A DNA stretch of 64,000 bases, taken from positions 4,800,001 to 4,864,000 of the forward strand of contig OZ253580.1 in assembly GCA_965263035.1 (NCBI GenBank), read 5' to 3'. Shown here one piece after another: positions 50,150 through 59,973 of this stretch. The translations under genes were made by a program, and so were the position numbers. The stretch is from Acidobacteriota bacterium (GTDB lineage Bacteria; Acidobacteriota; UBA6911; RPQK01; JAJDTT01). Under the pieces are notes generated by a model that saw only the letters and a program-made list of their open reading frames with translations, did not search any database and had not been told where the DNA came from. Within the stretch, counting starts at the first letter, position 1, and each line of letters opens with the position of its first letter.

Positions 50150-51141
50150 GGATCGCACCCCATCCGGTCGTGGTGAAGACACGCCGTCCGTTGGCGTCCG
50201 GCAGGCGCCAAAGGCGGTTGGGCGCCTTCGCGGCAGTCGTCGTCCGCCAGCGAACAGCGGGGCCGGAAGCGGCATCCTGAGGGCCAGGCACCGACCGATG
50301 CCGGATCCCCCGGAATGGTCTCCAGATCTTCTCCCGGCACCGCCAGGTCCACTCGCGAGGCCAGCAAGGCTCGGGTGTATGGATGGCGCGGGTTACGGAC
50401 CAACGCCTCCAGGGGTCCGTTCTCGACCGACGCGCCGGCGTACATGACCATCACGCTGTCACAGACTTCCTCGATCACGGCCAGATCGTGGGAGACGAAG
50501 ATCAGGGCCATCTTCAGACGTGCTCGCAGGCGGTTGATCAAGTTCAGGATCTCGCGTTGGATCGTCACGTCCAGCGCCGTCGTCGGCTCGTCGGCGATCA
50601 GGATCTCGGGCTGCTGAGCGAGGGCCGCCGCGATCATGACGCGCTGACGCATTCCGCCGGAGAGCTCATGGGAACGCATCTCCAGGACCTGGTCGGGACG
50701 GAGAATCCGCACCAGTTCTAGAAGCTGGAGCGCCTGGTCGTCCGCTTCCCCGGCGGCAACCTCACGGGCCGCATGGATCGCCTCGGTCAACTGAGTGCGG
50801 ACCTTGAGCACCGGATTCAGTCCGGCCAGGGAGCTCTGAGGGACGTATCCGATGCGCCGGCCGCGGATCCGGCGCCAGACCTTCTCGTCGGCCCCGGCCA
50901 GGTCCCGATCCCGATAGAGAATTCTGCCGGACGCCACCATGGCTCCGTGGCGCCGGAGCGTCCCCATCAAGGCGCGGCAGAGCATGGTCTTGCCGGAGCC
51001 CGATTCCCCCACGATTCCCAGGGCCTGACGGCGGAGCAACTGGAAATCGGCCGTGTCCACGATGGACAACAAATCTCCCTGTCGCCGCGGCACACCGATT
51101 CGCAGGCCCTCCACTCGCAGTATGGGGGAATCTACGTCCAT
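50146..51141 (-). CDS. Peptide ABC ATPase (OppD/DppD-like)
   Basis: GESGSGKT, LSGGMRQR, GCRFRPRC. Confidence 0.93.
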   Translation of the reverse strand: MDVDSPILRVEGLRIGVPRRQGDLLSIVDTADFQLLRRQALGIVGESGSGKTMLCRALMGTLRRHGAMVASGRILYRDRDLAGADEKVWRRIRGRRIGYVPQSSLAGLNPVLKVRTQLTEAIHAAREVAAGEADDQALQLLELVRILRPDQVLEMRSHELSGGMRQRVMIAAALAQQPEILIADEPTTALDVTIQREILNLINRLRARLKMALIFVSHDLAVIEEVCDSVMVMYAGASVENGPLEALVRNPRHPYTRALLASRVDLAVPGEDLETIPGDPASVGAWPSGCRFRPRCSLADDDCREGAQPPLAPAGRQRTACLHHDRMGCDP

Positions 51142-51225
51142 TGCTCTCCGCCTCAGTTGACATCCCCGCGGCCGATTCGGGGTGGCCAACGGCTTACCCG
51201 TTCCGTGTTTACTTAGTGATATCAA

Positions 51226-52056
51226 CTAATTCTCCCCCGCGTACCGGCCGGACAATCCGTGCGCCAGCAGCGCGACTCCGATGGCGGTCAGGGAGAGCGC
51301 CAAGCCGGGAAAGACGGTGATCCACCACTGTGCCTGCAGGTAGAGGCGTCCGTCGGCGATCATGGCGCCCCACTCGGGTCTGGGCGGGTTGACTCCCGCT
51401 CCCAGAAACGAGAGCGACGACACGGTCAGCACCACGATGACGAAGTCGCTCAGTCCATACGCGACCGTCTCGCTGTAGACGTTGGGAAGGATGTGCCGGG
51501 TCAGGACTCGCAGCCGGGAGTACCCGAGGACGCGGGTCGCCTCCACGAACTCGGCGTTCCTCAGGATCAAGGCGCGGGAACGGGCGATTCGGGCGTAGCG
51601 GGCCCAGTTCACCGCCGCGAGTCCGATCAGGAGACCGGTCACTCCGGGACCCACCACCGCCACGATGGCGATGACCAGCACCACGAAGGGGAAGGCGTTG
51701 ATGGCATCGATCAGCATCAGCCACAACCAGGCCACCAGACGGTTTCTGGTCGTCCCCAGAACGGCGCCCAGGAAGGTCCCGATGAGAAGCGGCGCCGAGA
51801 CCCCAATGAGCGCCAGGATCAGGTCCAGACGGCCCGCCGCGAAGGTCCTGGTGAAGACGTCCCGTCCCAGTTGGTCGGTCCCAAAGAGGTGCTCGACGCC
51901 GGGTGGCGACAACGGAGACCCGCTGGCGGCAATGGGATTGTGAGGGCTGAGCAGCGGAACCAGAACACTCAGGATGATCACGAGCAGGAGGATGGCGATC
52001 CCGACCAGGGCGGAACGGTTGAGATCCATGGTTAGAAGCCGCCGTAGTCGCTTCAT
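51226..52056 (-). CDS. Peptide ABC permease (OppC/DppC-like)
   Basis: FGTDQLGRD, HILPN, LSFLG..PEWG. Confidence 0.94.
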   Translation of the reverse strand: MKRLRRLLTMDLNRSALVGIAILLLVIILSVLVPLLSPHNPIAASGSPLSPPGVEHLFGTDQLGRDVFTRTFAAGRLDLILALIGVSAPLLIGTFLGAVLGTTRNRLVAWLWLMLIDAINAFPFVVLVIAIVAVVGPGVTGLLIGLAAVNWARYARIARSRALILRNAEFVEATRVLGYSRLRVLTRHILPNVYSETVAYGLSDFVIVVLTVSSLSFLGAGVNPPRPEWGAMIADGRLYLQAQWWITVFPGLALSLTAIGVALLAHGLSGRYAGEN

Positions 52057-53054
52057 GAAACTCGGGTCCGCGGGTCGATCCAGCCGCTGACCGTATCGGA
52101 CAGGAAGCTGACGGCGACCACGATGAGCGCGAAGATCAGGATGATGCCCTGGACCACGGGATAGTCCCGCAGCAGGACCCCCTCCACCACCAGCGCCGTC
52201 CCCATGCCCGGAATATTGAACACGATCTCCACCACCACGGTGGCGCTCAGGAGCTGTCCCAGGATGTAGCCCAGCAGGCTGATGGTGGGGGCCAGCGAGG
52301 GCCGCAGCAGGTAGCGCCAGACCAGGACCGGGGCCGGCAGTCCCCGAACGATGGCCGTCTCCACGAACTCCTGCTCCATGGTCTCGGCGATGGAGCTCTG
52401 GAGGACCCGGGCCAGGATCGGAACCAGAGCCCCGCTCATGGTCAGGGCGGGGAGCCAGAGATATTGGAGGTTGCCCGGGAACCCGGGCTGGTAGCCGGCC
52501 ACCGGTGCCCAGCCCAGGCGCACCGCGAAGAGGAGGATCAGAAGCAGCCCGAAGTAGAAGGAAGGAGTGGCCAGGGAGACGGAGGTGGAGACGCGGAAGG
52601 CATGGTCGAACCAGGTGCCGCGAAGCAGGGCGGCGGCAACCCCCAGCGGAATCGCCATCAGGAGGGCCATCAACACCGTCACGCCGATCAGCCAGGCGGT
52701 CAGGGGCAGCGTCCGGGCGACCACCGAGTTGACGCTCTGTCCGGTCTGAATCGACGTGCCCAGGTCGCCCTGCGCCACCGATCCCAGGTATCTGGCGAAC
52801 TGTTGGGGAAGACTGCCCTCCAGTCCCAGGATCTGCCTGTATTTGGCGACCAGTTCCGCGGTGGCGGTGTCCCCCAACAGCATCTCCACCGGATCGCCGG
52901 GGATGAGGTGGATCAGAGTGAAGCTGACCAGCAGCACGCCCAACGCGGCCAACGCGGCCCGGGCAAGATGGCGGAGGGTCCTGGTGAGAAGGTGTGAGAC
53001 ACTGGCGGAAGAGAGTGTGGTCCGGGCGGTTTCGGGAGGCGCTCCGTTACTCAC
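52053..53054 (-). CDS. Peptide ABC permease (OppB/DppB-like)
   Basis: IPGDP, GDLGTS, VEIVFNIPGMG, RDYPVVQG, DPR. Confidence 0.94.
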   Translation of the reverse strand: MSNGAPPETARTTLSSASVSHLLTRTLRHLARAALAALGVLLVSFTLIHLIPGDPVEMLLGDTATAELVAKYRQILGLEGSLPQQFARYLGSVAQGDLGTSIQTGQSVNSVVARTLPLTAWLIGVTVLMALLMAIPLGVAAALLRGTWFDHAFRVSTSVSLATPSFYFGLLLILLFAVRLGWAPVAGYQPGFPGNLQYLWLPALTMSGALVPILARVLQSSIAETMEQEFVETAIVRGLPAPVLVWRYLLRPSLAPTISLLGYILGQLLSATVVVEIVFNIPGMGTALVVEGVLLRDYPVVQGIILIFALIVVAVSFLSDTVSGWIDPRTRVS

Positions 53055-54638
53055 CTACTCACCGGTGGAAGCTGGTTCAGAGTCTCGTTGCAACTCGGCC
53101 AGGGTCGCCACCATGGGATTGGTGCCGGGCGGGAGGTTGGCTTCGAACAGGATCTTCCGGTCGATCCGGCTCCCGACCAGAACGACCCGCTCCGAGATCG
53201 GGACGAGCGGCATGTCTTGAAGCGCCAGTTCCTGGGCGCGATGAATGAGCTCGATTCTCCGGTCGAAATCAATGGCGACGGAGGCGGAGTTCACCAGACG
53301 GATCACCTCCGGGTTGTGGTAGCGGAGCGATTCGGTCCAGGTTGCCCCCGGAATCCATTGACTCCTGAAGAAATTCATGGGACCCGCGGCCAGGCCTGAA
53401 AACTGCATCTCGTAACCGCCGGAGCGAAGATTGGAGCTGGCCACGGCATCTTCCAGGGGTTCCACCTGAACCTGGATTCCAAGTTCTTCCAGGTTGGCGG
53501 CAATGACCAGAGCGGCATCGGTCCAACCGCTACGCTGGCCCCACGCCTGCAACTTCACGCTGAAGCCGTCCCTGAAGGGAGTTTCCGCCAGCAGTTCCCG
53601 CGCCGCCGCCAGATTCCGCTTTCCTCCGTAGGGAAGGTTGAACAGGCTCTCCGGCGGTCCCGCATACTGGAATCCCCGGGCCGGAGCCGAAATTCCGCCG
53701 AAGGCCTTCTGATTGACCTCATCCCGGTCGATGGCCAGCGAGATCGCCTGCCGGACCTGAGCGTTCCGCAACGGGTGACCGTCCGGCAATCCACCGTTGA
53801 AGGCAACGTGGTACTGGCCGTTGTGAGGGGCCGGGTAGGTCTCGACCTCGGCCGGCAACGAAGTCCTCGCCGTCACCGGCAGGTCGTACACGTAGTCGAT
53901 GGTCCCGGCGGTCAGTTGCAAAACTCGGGAGGTGGGATCGGGCACGGCCACGAGCTCGATCCGTTCGATGGCCATGCGACCTCGGACATAGTTGGGATTG
54001 GCCTCGATCGTCCACTTCGAAGCCCCCGGGATCCATTCCTTCAACACGTAGGGACCGGAGCTGACGGGATGATGGAAGTATTCGGGGTCCTCTTCGATCC
54101 GGGACCGCGGATGGATGCCCATGGCCATGTGGGCCAGAGCCAGCGGAAGATCCAGGTAGGGTTCCTTCAGGTGGAAAACGACCGTTTTGGAGTCCGGCGC
54201 CTCGACCTGCCGTACGGGCGCCAGCAGCATCGGGAAGAACGGCCCCGGATGATCGCGGTTCCGCGTGTAGGCGAAGACGACGTCCCGGCTTGTGACCGGG
54301 GTGCCGTCCGAATAGACCAGTCCCTCCTTCAGGGTCACGGTGACCGTCAGGCCGTCGCCGGAGACCTCCATCGATTCGGCCAGCTCCGGCTCCACCGACC
54401 AGTCGTGATTCAGCCGGAAGAGCCGTCCGGCGATCAGATACAGAGTGACGATGCTCGGCTGGTGGGTGGAGCCCACAATGTCCAGATTGGTGAGCTTCGA
54501 GCTCAGGCTGAGGGTGACTGACGGGATGGGCAGTTCAGTCTGCCTCTCCGTTGGGCTGGGGCTGCCGTCGTCTGCCGGCCCGCACCCGAGCAGGATCGCA
54601 AGACAGAGCAGGCATGCCGGGACCAGGAGTCTTCGCAT
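53055..54638 (-). CDS. Peptide ABC substrate-binding lipoprotein (family 5)
   Basis: LLGC lipobox, PELAES, SDGTPVT, GPY, VRQAISLAIDR. Confidence 0.93.
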   Translation of the reverse strand: MRRLLVPACLLCLAILLGCGPADDGSPSPTERQTELPIPSVTLSLSSKLTNLDIVGSTHQPSIVTLYLIAGRLFRLNHDWSVEPELAESMEVSGDGLTVTVTLKEGLVYSDGTPVTSRDVVFAYTRNRDHPGPFFPMLLAPVRQVEAPDSKTVVFHLKEPYLDLPLALAHMAMGIHPRSRIEEDPEYFHHPVSSGPYVLKEWIPGASKWTIEANPNYVRGRMAIERIELVAVPDPTSRVLQLTAGTIDYVYDLPVTARTSLPAEVETYPAPHNGQYHVAFNGGLPDGHPLRNAQVRQAISLAIDRDEVNQKAFGGISAPARGFQYAGPPESLFNLPYGGKRNLAAARELLAETPFRDGFSVKLQAWGQRSGWTDAALVIAANLEELGIQVQVEPLEDAVASSNLRSGGYEMQFSGLAAGPMNFFRSQWIPGATWTESLRYHNPEVIRLVNSASVAIDFDRRIELIHRAQELALQDMPLVPISERVVLVGSRIDRKILFEANLPPGTNPMVATLAELQRDSEPASTGE

Positions 54639-54968
54639 GAGGCGGATTCTATCCGAGAGAACGGCAGGCGGCTAGCCGTCTACCGGATTCCCTCAGACTA
54701 ACTCCAGCCAGAATCAAGGACTCGCGCGACGTCGACCAATACAATCTGATACCAGGGGAGCTGTCCCGTCGGGATCTGCCATATGAAGCGGGGAGTACTG
54801 AGGGACGTTGATTCGCCGTGATCGGAGCTTGGCCTCCCGGTTCGCTCCGGCCGCGGAAGGAAGTCATCCGGTGTGTCATTGAGGAAACTGACCATGCACT
54901 CAGATAGTCGTTTGATTGCCTCGGAAAAATGTATCGGTGGACGGGGACGAACGCGACGAATTCGCCTC

Positions 54969-56612
54969 ATGGTGACAGGTTTCTTGCTGACTTGGGTTTC
55001 AACCGGATCCGGTTTGGCTACAGGGGACGATGACTGGCGTACCCTGCTGCTGCGGGAACTCTCGAGTGCCTACCTGGAGGAAGAAGTCACCCCCGACCCC
55101 ACCGCCGAGGAACGCCAACTGCGGCTGGATCGCCTCTTTCGAGAGCTGGGTCGTCGCTTGGCGCGATCGGGTGTCAGCGCGGTACCGGTCCGTCACATAG
55201 CGAGCCTCGCGCTTCTCGGGGCCGAGTTGCCGGGTCCCGAGGGTCAACAGCCCGTGGCAAAAGTCGTCACGGCATTCGACCGTCCCTGCATCCCGGCGGA
55301 CTGCGTTGCTATCGGCTCACATACTCCCGGTATGCTCCCTCATCGCGCCTTGTCCGGCGGGCGCAGGAACGGTCTCGGTGCTCGCGAGACTTTCACCACG
55401 GGCTGTCAACCGTCCACGACTTCCGCTGTCGACAAGGCGGCCCCCCGGAAACCTGATCCGGAGCCCTCCCCGGAAGATTCTCTCCAGGCCAGGAGCTTGA
55501 CCAAGGGTCAGGAAGGCTTTCGCCAGGCGATCGAGCAATTCCAGGAGTTGCCCATGTCGGAGCGGATGGTCATGACCGGCGACGTGACCTCCGGGGTTCA
55601 GATGGCCACGGTACCTGGAGATTCGCCACATCTGACGTCGGTTTTTGGAAGGACACGTGTGAACTTTACCTTGAGAGCACTGCCGGCTCGAAGCCAGGTC
55701 TGGGACGAGGGATACTTCTTTCTCCAGATCGGTGCTGCGGGGGGACCCTTCGACAGCTCGGTGGTGGGCGGTCCCGAGTCGTTCAGCAGCTTCAACGACG
55801 TCGCCAGCGACCGCAGCCGATTCAACGAGCCGATCGCCCGAGGCAATCTCTATCTCGGCAAGGCCTTCTATGAGCAGGGAATCCGGTGGGGCAGCAGCCG
55901 CCTGAGCGCGAGAGCTGGAGTGTTCGACGTCTCCGACTACTTCGATACCAACCAATTCGCCAACAACGAGGTGCGGCAGTTCGTCAACAGTGCCTTCGTA
56001 AACGGGGCCGCCTACAAGACTGGAGTCGTCGCTCCGGGACTGGTCGGAGAATATGAGCGGCCACTGAGTTACGACCGGCTCCGCGGGGTCGCGTTTCGAG
56101 TCGGTTACGCTGTTTCCAGGACCGAACGAGCCTTCACCTCTCCCCTTTGGACGACCGAGGCGGAACTGAGGACGGTCCTCAAGAACTACCCGGGTCACTG
56201 GCGTTTGGGCATGACGCTTGGCAACGTGGCTGGTGAAGGGGGGGTGCGCGGAATCTACGTGAGTGCGGACCAGTGGGTCAGTCCGAGGGTCGGGGTATTC
56301 GGACGCTACGGCGTTGGGAATTCGGGTCCGGGGGCGCTCGTCTTCGGGCCGGTACGGACATCGTATTCGGGAGGGATTCAGTGGCGGTTTGCTGCTGAAG
56401 GCGTCCAAGACTCGGCCCTGGGTCTCGCCTTCTCCCAAGCGTTCGGGATCAGTGACGCGGCCTCCGAGAAAGTGATGGAGGCCTACTACCGGTGGCAGGT
56501 CACACGAAATTTTGCCTTCACTCCTGATTTTCATCCGGTCTTCGGTTCAGGTGGAAGATCGGCCAAGGAAACTCAGGGGGTCCTCGGAGCTCGGGTCCAT
56601 GTGAGCTTCTGA
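54969..56612 (+). CDS. OprB-like outer-membrane porin containing an in-frame MITE
   Basis: DYFDTNQFANNEVRQF, EKVMEAYY, TPDF, terminal Phe; start uncertain. Confidence 0.82.
   Translation: MVTGFLLTWVSTGSGLATGDDDWRTLLLRELSSAYLEEEVTPDPTAEERQLRLDRLFRELGRRLARSGVSAVPVRHIASLALLGAELPGPEGQQPVAKVVTAFDRPCIPADCVAIGSHTPGMLPHRALSGGRRNGLGARETFTTGCQPSTTSAVDKAAPRKPDPEPSPEDSLQARSLTKGQEGFRQAIEQFQELPMSERMVMTGDVTSGVQMATVPGDSPHLTSVFGRTRVNFTLRALPARSQVWDEGYFFLQIGAAGGPFDSSVVGGPESFSSFNDVASDRSRFNEPIARGNLYLGKAFYEQGIRWGSSRLSARAGVFDVSDYFDTNQFANNEVRQFVNSAFVNGAAYKTGVVAPGLVGEYERPLSYDRLRGVAFRVGYAVSRTERAFTSPLWTTEAELRTVLKNYPGHWRLGMTLGNVAGEGGVRGIYVSADQWVSPRVGVFGRYGVGNSGPGALVFGPVRTSYSGGIQWRFAAEGVQDSALGLAFSQAFGISDAASEKVMEAYYRWQVTRNFAFTPDFHPVFGSGGRSAKETQGVLGARVHVSF
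55247..55406. mobile_element. MITE family A, copy 3 (160 bp, CA flanks), inside the porin ORF
   Basis: Same TIRs and body as copies 1 and 2, with two 1-bp deletions. Confidence 0.9.
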
Positions 56613-56636
56613 ATTCAATCCAGGCGTATCAACTGC

Positions 56637-58901
56637 TCACTCGATCACTATGGATTCGGAGGCGTGGACGAACAGCACGTCGTTCGCTCTGCCGAAGACA
56701 CGGAGCGATTGCTCCGCCTCTTCCGACTGGAGGGCGTCGGCGTTCAGCCCCGCGATGACGAGATCGGCCTTGGACGACCGGTCCGACACCTCTTGCTCCA
56801 GGGCTTCCTGCGTCGCGCAGCGGACTGATGTGACATTCTGCCTGGAGATCGGAAGCCGGCCCACGGTCACCATGTTGGAAAGATTATGTGTCTCCCGTTC
56901 GGCGTGTTCAGAGTCGAGGCAGGCGAAGAATCGGATCTGGGCCCGCCTCCATTCCGGGTGCCCCACGATGATGTAGGCCAGCAGCAACATCAGCGGAGCG
57001 TTCGACAGGTTGTCCTCGGTCACCCAGATGTGGATCGAAGACCGGTAACCGAAACGGTACTTGGCGGAACGCAATACGAGGACATTGAACTGCGACTCGG
57101 CAGCGAGACGCGCACCCCGCAAGGTTTCTTCGATCTCTTCCGGATGCTCTTTGTCGAATTCCAGCAGGACACAATTGTTGGGTAGTCCCGAGATACCCGG
57201 CATCTGAAGCGTTTGGGCCAGCGCCATTTCGAAGGAAGGACAGATGAGGGAGTCCACGAAAATACCGGCACCGCTGATCTCGCTCCGCTCAATGAGCTTG
57301 TCCACGTGGACCCGGGCCCGGGTCTCCCCGGCGTACGTATAGTCCCCCTGAAAGAACTGGATGAAATGCCCGAATCCGTGGCGGTGGCTGATCCAGCGCA
57401 TCAGGTCGAAGTGGCCGAGTCTACGTTCCCCGAAACGGGTCACCGCGACGATCGACGGACGCCAGCCTCCTTCTGACTTCTCCACGTGGTTCTTCTGCAG
57501 AGTGATCTGGAGGCGCCGGGTCAGTTGGAACATGGTGCCTTGGAAAATCGCCGTCAGGTCGCGCTCCCCCTTGCGCGTTCGACTCAATCCGTAGTAGGCC
57601 GCCACCATCAGAGAAATCGCCACGAACGCGTAGAGCACGTTCATCTGGATCATCATCAGCCCGCACATCACGGCGCCCAGAAGCGACAGGTACCAGCGGG
57701 AATGGAAGGTGGGACGGTAGGAGGGATTGCCTGCGAAGTATTCCAGGAATGAGACCGTGCAGAGGGCGCCGTAGGTCACCATGAAGAACATGCTGAGGAT
57801 CTGTGCGATGAAATCCACGCCTCCGCCGAGCACGAACAAGATCGCAATAACTCCCGTAACGCAGGTCGCGGCCACCGGTTCGTGCGCTCTGCCACGGACC
57901 CGCTTGAGTACGCGATTCAGTTTTGGAACGGGGAGCACGTTGTCCCGGGCCAGCGCCTGAAGCGTTCGGGGAGCCACCAGGATCGCACCCAGGGCAGAGG
58001 AGAAGGCGGCAGCACCCAACCCCACGTAGATCGCCGGGCCCCAGAGGGCGATCTTTGCCATGATGAACTGATCGGCAGCGAGTGCTTCCGGGGTGGCGCT
58101 CTGGGCGAGCTTGATGGCGACCAGGGCGTAGACGACCATGCCGGCCAGCGTCGCACCGATGGTGCCCAGCGGAATACTCTTCTGGGGATTCTTCAGGTCA
58201 CCGGAGAGTCCAAGGCCGGCGATCATACCCGTGAAGGCGGGGAAACAGGTCGCAAAGACAATGCCGAAAGAGTTACCGCCTTCGATTCGAGTGGTGAGAT
58301 TCAGCCCGTCGGGCTGGATCGATTCGGGCCCTTGTCCCAGGAGGAACGTCGAGATCGCCACCCCCAGAATCGCGCTGACGACCCAGAGTACTCCGACGCC
58401 CAGCTTGGCCCCAACGGTAAGCATCATCACCACGAGCAGGAGTGCGCAGGGAAGGCTGATCCAGCGGGGGTCGGGATTCACTTCGTACTGTGCGGCGGCC
58501 CATTCGTAGACGGGGTCGAACGCTTCCGCGAATGCGACGAGATAGAAAGCGACCGAGATCGCCTGCGACAAATAGAGTGCGATTCCAATTGCGCCTCCGA
58601 TGTTGGTGCCAAAGGAACGGCTGATGATGTAGTAGGCGCCGCCGCCGGCCACGCGGCGGTTGGTGGCGATCTCGGACACGGCGAGGACGGTGGGGATGGT
58701 TACGAGATGTCCGATCAGGATGATCATGAGGCTGCCCCAGAGGCCCACATGGCCGACGGCGTAGCCGAAGCGCAGGAAGAGGATCGCTCCCAGGATCGTG
58801 CTGATCGAGGCCAGGAAAACCGGAGCCGTGCCGAAACCGTGTCCTGCAACGGAGGGTGTGGCGGCGCTCGCAGCGGCCTGTCGCGGGTGTTGAGCCATCA
58901 C
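56637..58901 (-). CDS. SLC12/cation-chloride-cotransporter-like APC permease
   Basis: ILGAILFLRFG, GGAYYIISRSFG, FPAFTG..G..SGDL, SIPLGT, WRP C-terminal domain. Confidence 0.9.
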   Translation of the reverse strand: MMAQHPRQAAASAATPSVAGHGFGTAPVFLASISTILGAILFLRFGYAVGHVGLWGSLMIILIGHLVTIPTVLAVSEIATNRRVAGGGAYYIISRSFGTNIGGAIGIALYLSQAISVAFYLVAFAEAFDPVYEWAAAQYEVNPDPRWISLPCALLLVVMMLTVGAKLGVGVLWVVSAILGVAISTFLLGQGPESIQPDGLNLTTRIEGGNSFGIVFATCFPAFTGMIAGLGLSGDLKNPQKSIPLGTIGATLAGMVVYALVAIKLAQSATPEALAADQFIMAKIALWGPAIYVGLGAAAFSSALGAILVAPRTLQALARDNVLPVPKLNRVLKRVRGRAHEPVAATCVTGVIAILFVLGGGVDFIAQILSMFFMVTYGALCTVSFLEYFAGNPSYRPTFHSRWYLSLLGAVMCGLMMIQMNVLYAFVAISLMVAAYYGLSRTRKGERDLTAIFQGTMFQLTRRLQITLQKNHVEKSEGGWRPSIVAVTRFGERRLGHFDLMRWISHRHGFGHFIQFFQGDYTYAGETRARVHVDKLIERSEISGAGIFVDSLICPSFEMALAQTLQMPGISGLPNNCVLLEFDKEHPEEIEETLRGARLAAESQFNVLVLRSAKYRFGYRSSIHIWVTEDNLSNAPLMLLLAYIIVGHPEWRRAQIRFFACLDSEHAERETHNLSNMVTVGRLPISRQNVTSVRCATQEALEQEVSDRSSKADLVIAGLNADALQSEEAEQSLRVFGRANDVLFVHASESIVIE

Positions 58902-58911
58902 AGTAACTCCT

Positions 58912-59148
58912 TCAGGGAGTCGTCACTTGCCTTTGGGTCCGGACTCTCAACTCGAAATCGAGGGAACTGTCACCGAAACCATTAAAGATGACATCCGGCG
59001 CCGGATCGGCGAGGACATTCGGATGTTCTCCACCGACGCGAAGCAGCACCGATCGCACTTTCTCCGGATCGCTCCCGTAGGATACTCCCAACGGAACGTT
59101 GATGCGGGCGTCCCGCAGTTTGAGGAAGAGGTGCGGGATCAAACCCAT
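58912..59148 (-). pseudogene. MscS mechanosensitive channel C-terminal fragment
   Basis: VPLGVSYGSDPEKV, FGDSSLDFELRV; no TM domain. Confidence 0.8.
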
Positions 59149-59152
59149 TCAA

Positions 59153-59367
59153 GTCACCCGCGTCCGCTCAAGACGGACCACAAGTAGAGGACCATGCCCG
59201 TACCAACGAGCAGATTTCCCAGGCACGGGAATTAGGAACCAAGACAACGGATGATTCCAGAACAGCGTGGCCACATTGATCCCGAGCCCGATGGAGATCA
59301 GCAATCCCGACAATTGGAGTCGACCAGAAAATCCCGATCGTCCCCACGGTGATCGAATTCCACTCAT
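59153..59367 (-). pseudogene. Small membrane protein, frameshifted
   Basis: RLQLSGLLISIGL...WNHPL; second TM LGNLLVGTGMVLYLWSVL is in another frame. Confidence 0.6.
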
Positions 59368-59369
59368 CG

Positions 59370-59693
59370 TCAATCCTCCGGACGCCACCGCCCAAACCGG
59401 TCCGGTTTCAAGATTTCGTGAATCAGGTTGTGGCAGGTCAGACAAGATACCGAACCGTCGAGCAGTTGGGCCCGAAACGGGGTGTGAGCCTCCTGCTCCT
59501 CGTATGACTGCGCCCCGCCGTGGCATTCCAGACAGGCCCGATTCCGGTATGGCTCGTACAGCTCAACCGGCTCGGATGAGGTGCCCCAGACCTGGTGCCA
59601 GGCGTGTCTCACTCCGCGGATCTTGTCGTCGAGATCGCCGAATATCGTGTAGTCCGTGTGGCACGTGTAACCGGCGCGGCCGGCTGGAACTCG
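59370..59693 (-). pseudogene. NapC/NirT-like multiheme cytochrome c, 5'-truncated
   Basis: GYTCH (degenerate), CLECH, CLTCH; frame is cut at the MITE. Confidence 0.75.
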
Positions 59694-59860
59694 CTAGGAG
59701 TCTGCGCGGTAGGAATGATCGTAGCGAGAAAGCGGGGAATCGAGGCCAGATTTTCTCGATTTGGAGGTGCATAGTCGTTCTATTCGCCGAGAAATCGAGG
59801 AAATATGGACCGATTCTACCGCTTTCGTAGTAGATCAATTTCTGCGGCACAGGCTCCTAG
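59694..59860. mobile_element. MITE family B, copy 2
   Basis: Near identity to 35800-35966; CTAG flanks. Confidence 0.88.
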
Positions 59861-59973
59861 GAGGCTGTCCGAGAACTCGAAAAATCATAGTTTTTGAAAA
59901 CTTAACCCTTTATAAATCAATAGTTTACAAACAAGACTTTTTTAAAATAGTCTATTCTCGGACAGCCTCCTAG
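59857..59973. mobile_element. MITE family C / internally deleted IS5-like remnant
   Basis: Perfect TIRs GAGGCTGTCCGAGAA / TTCTCGGACAGCCTC, CTAG flanks, AT-rich core. Confidence 0.85.
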
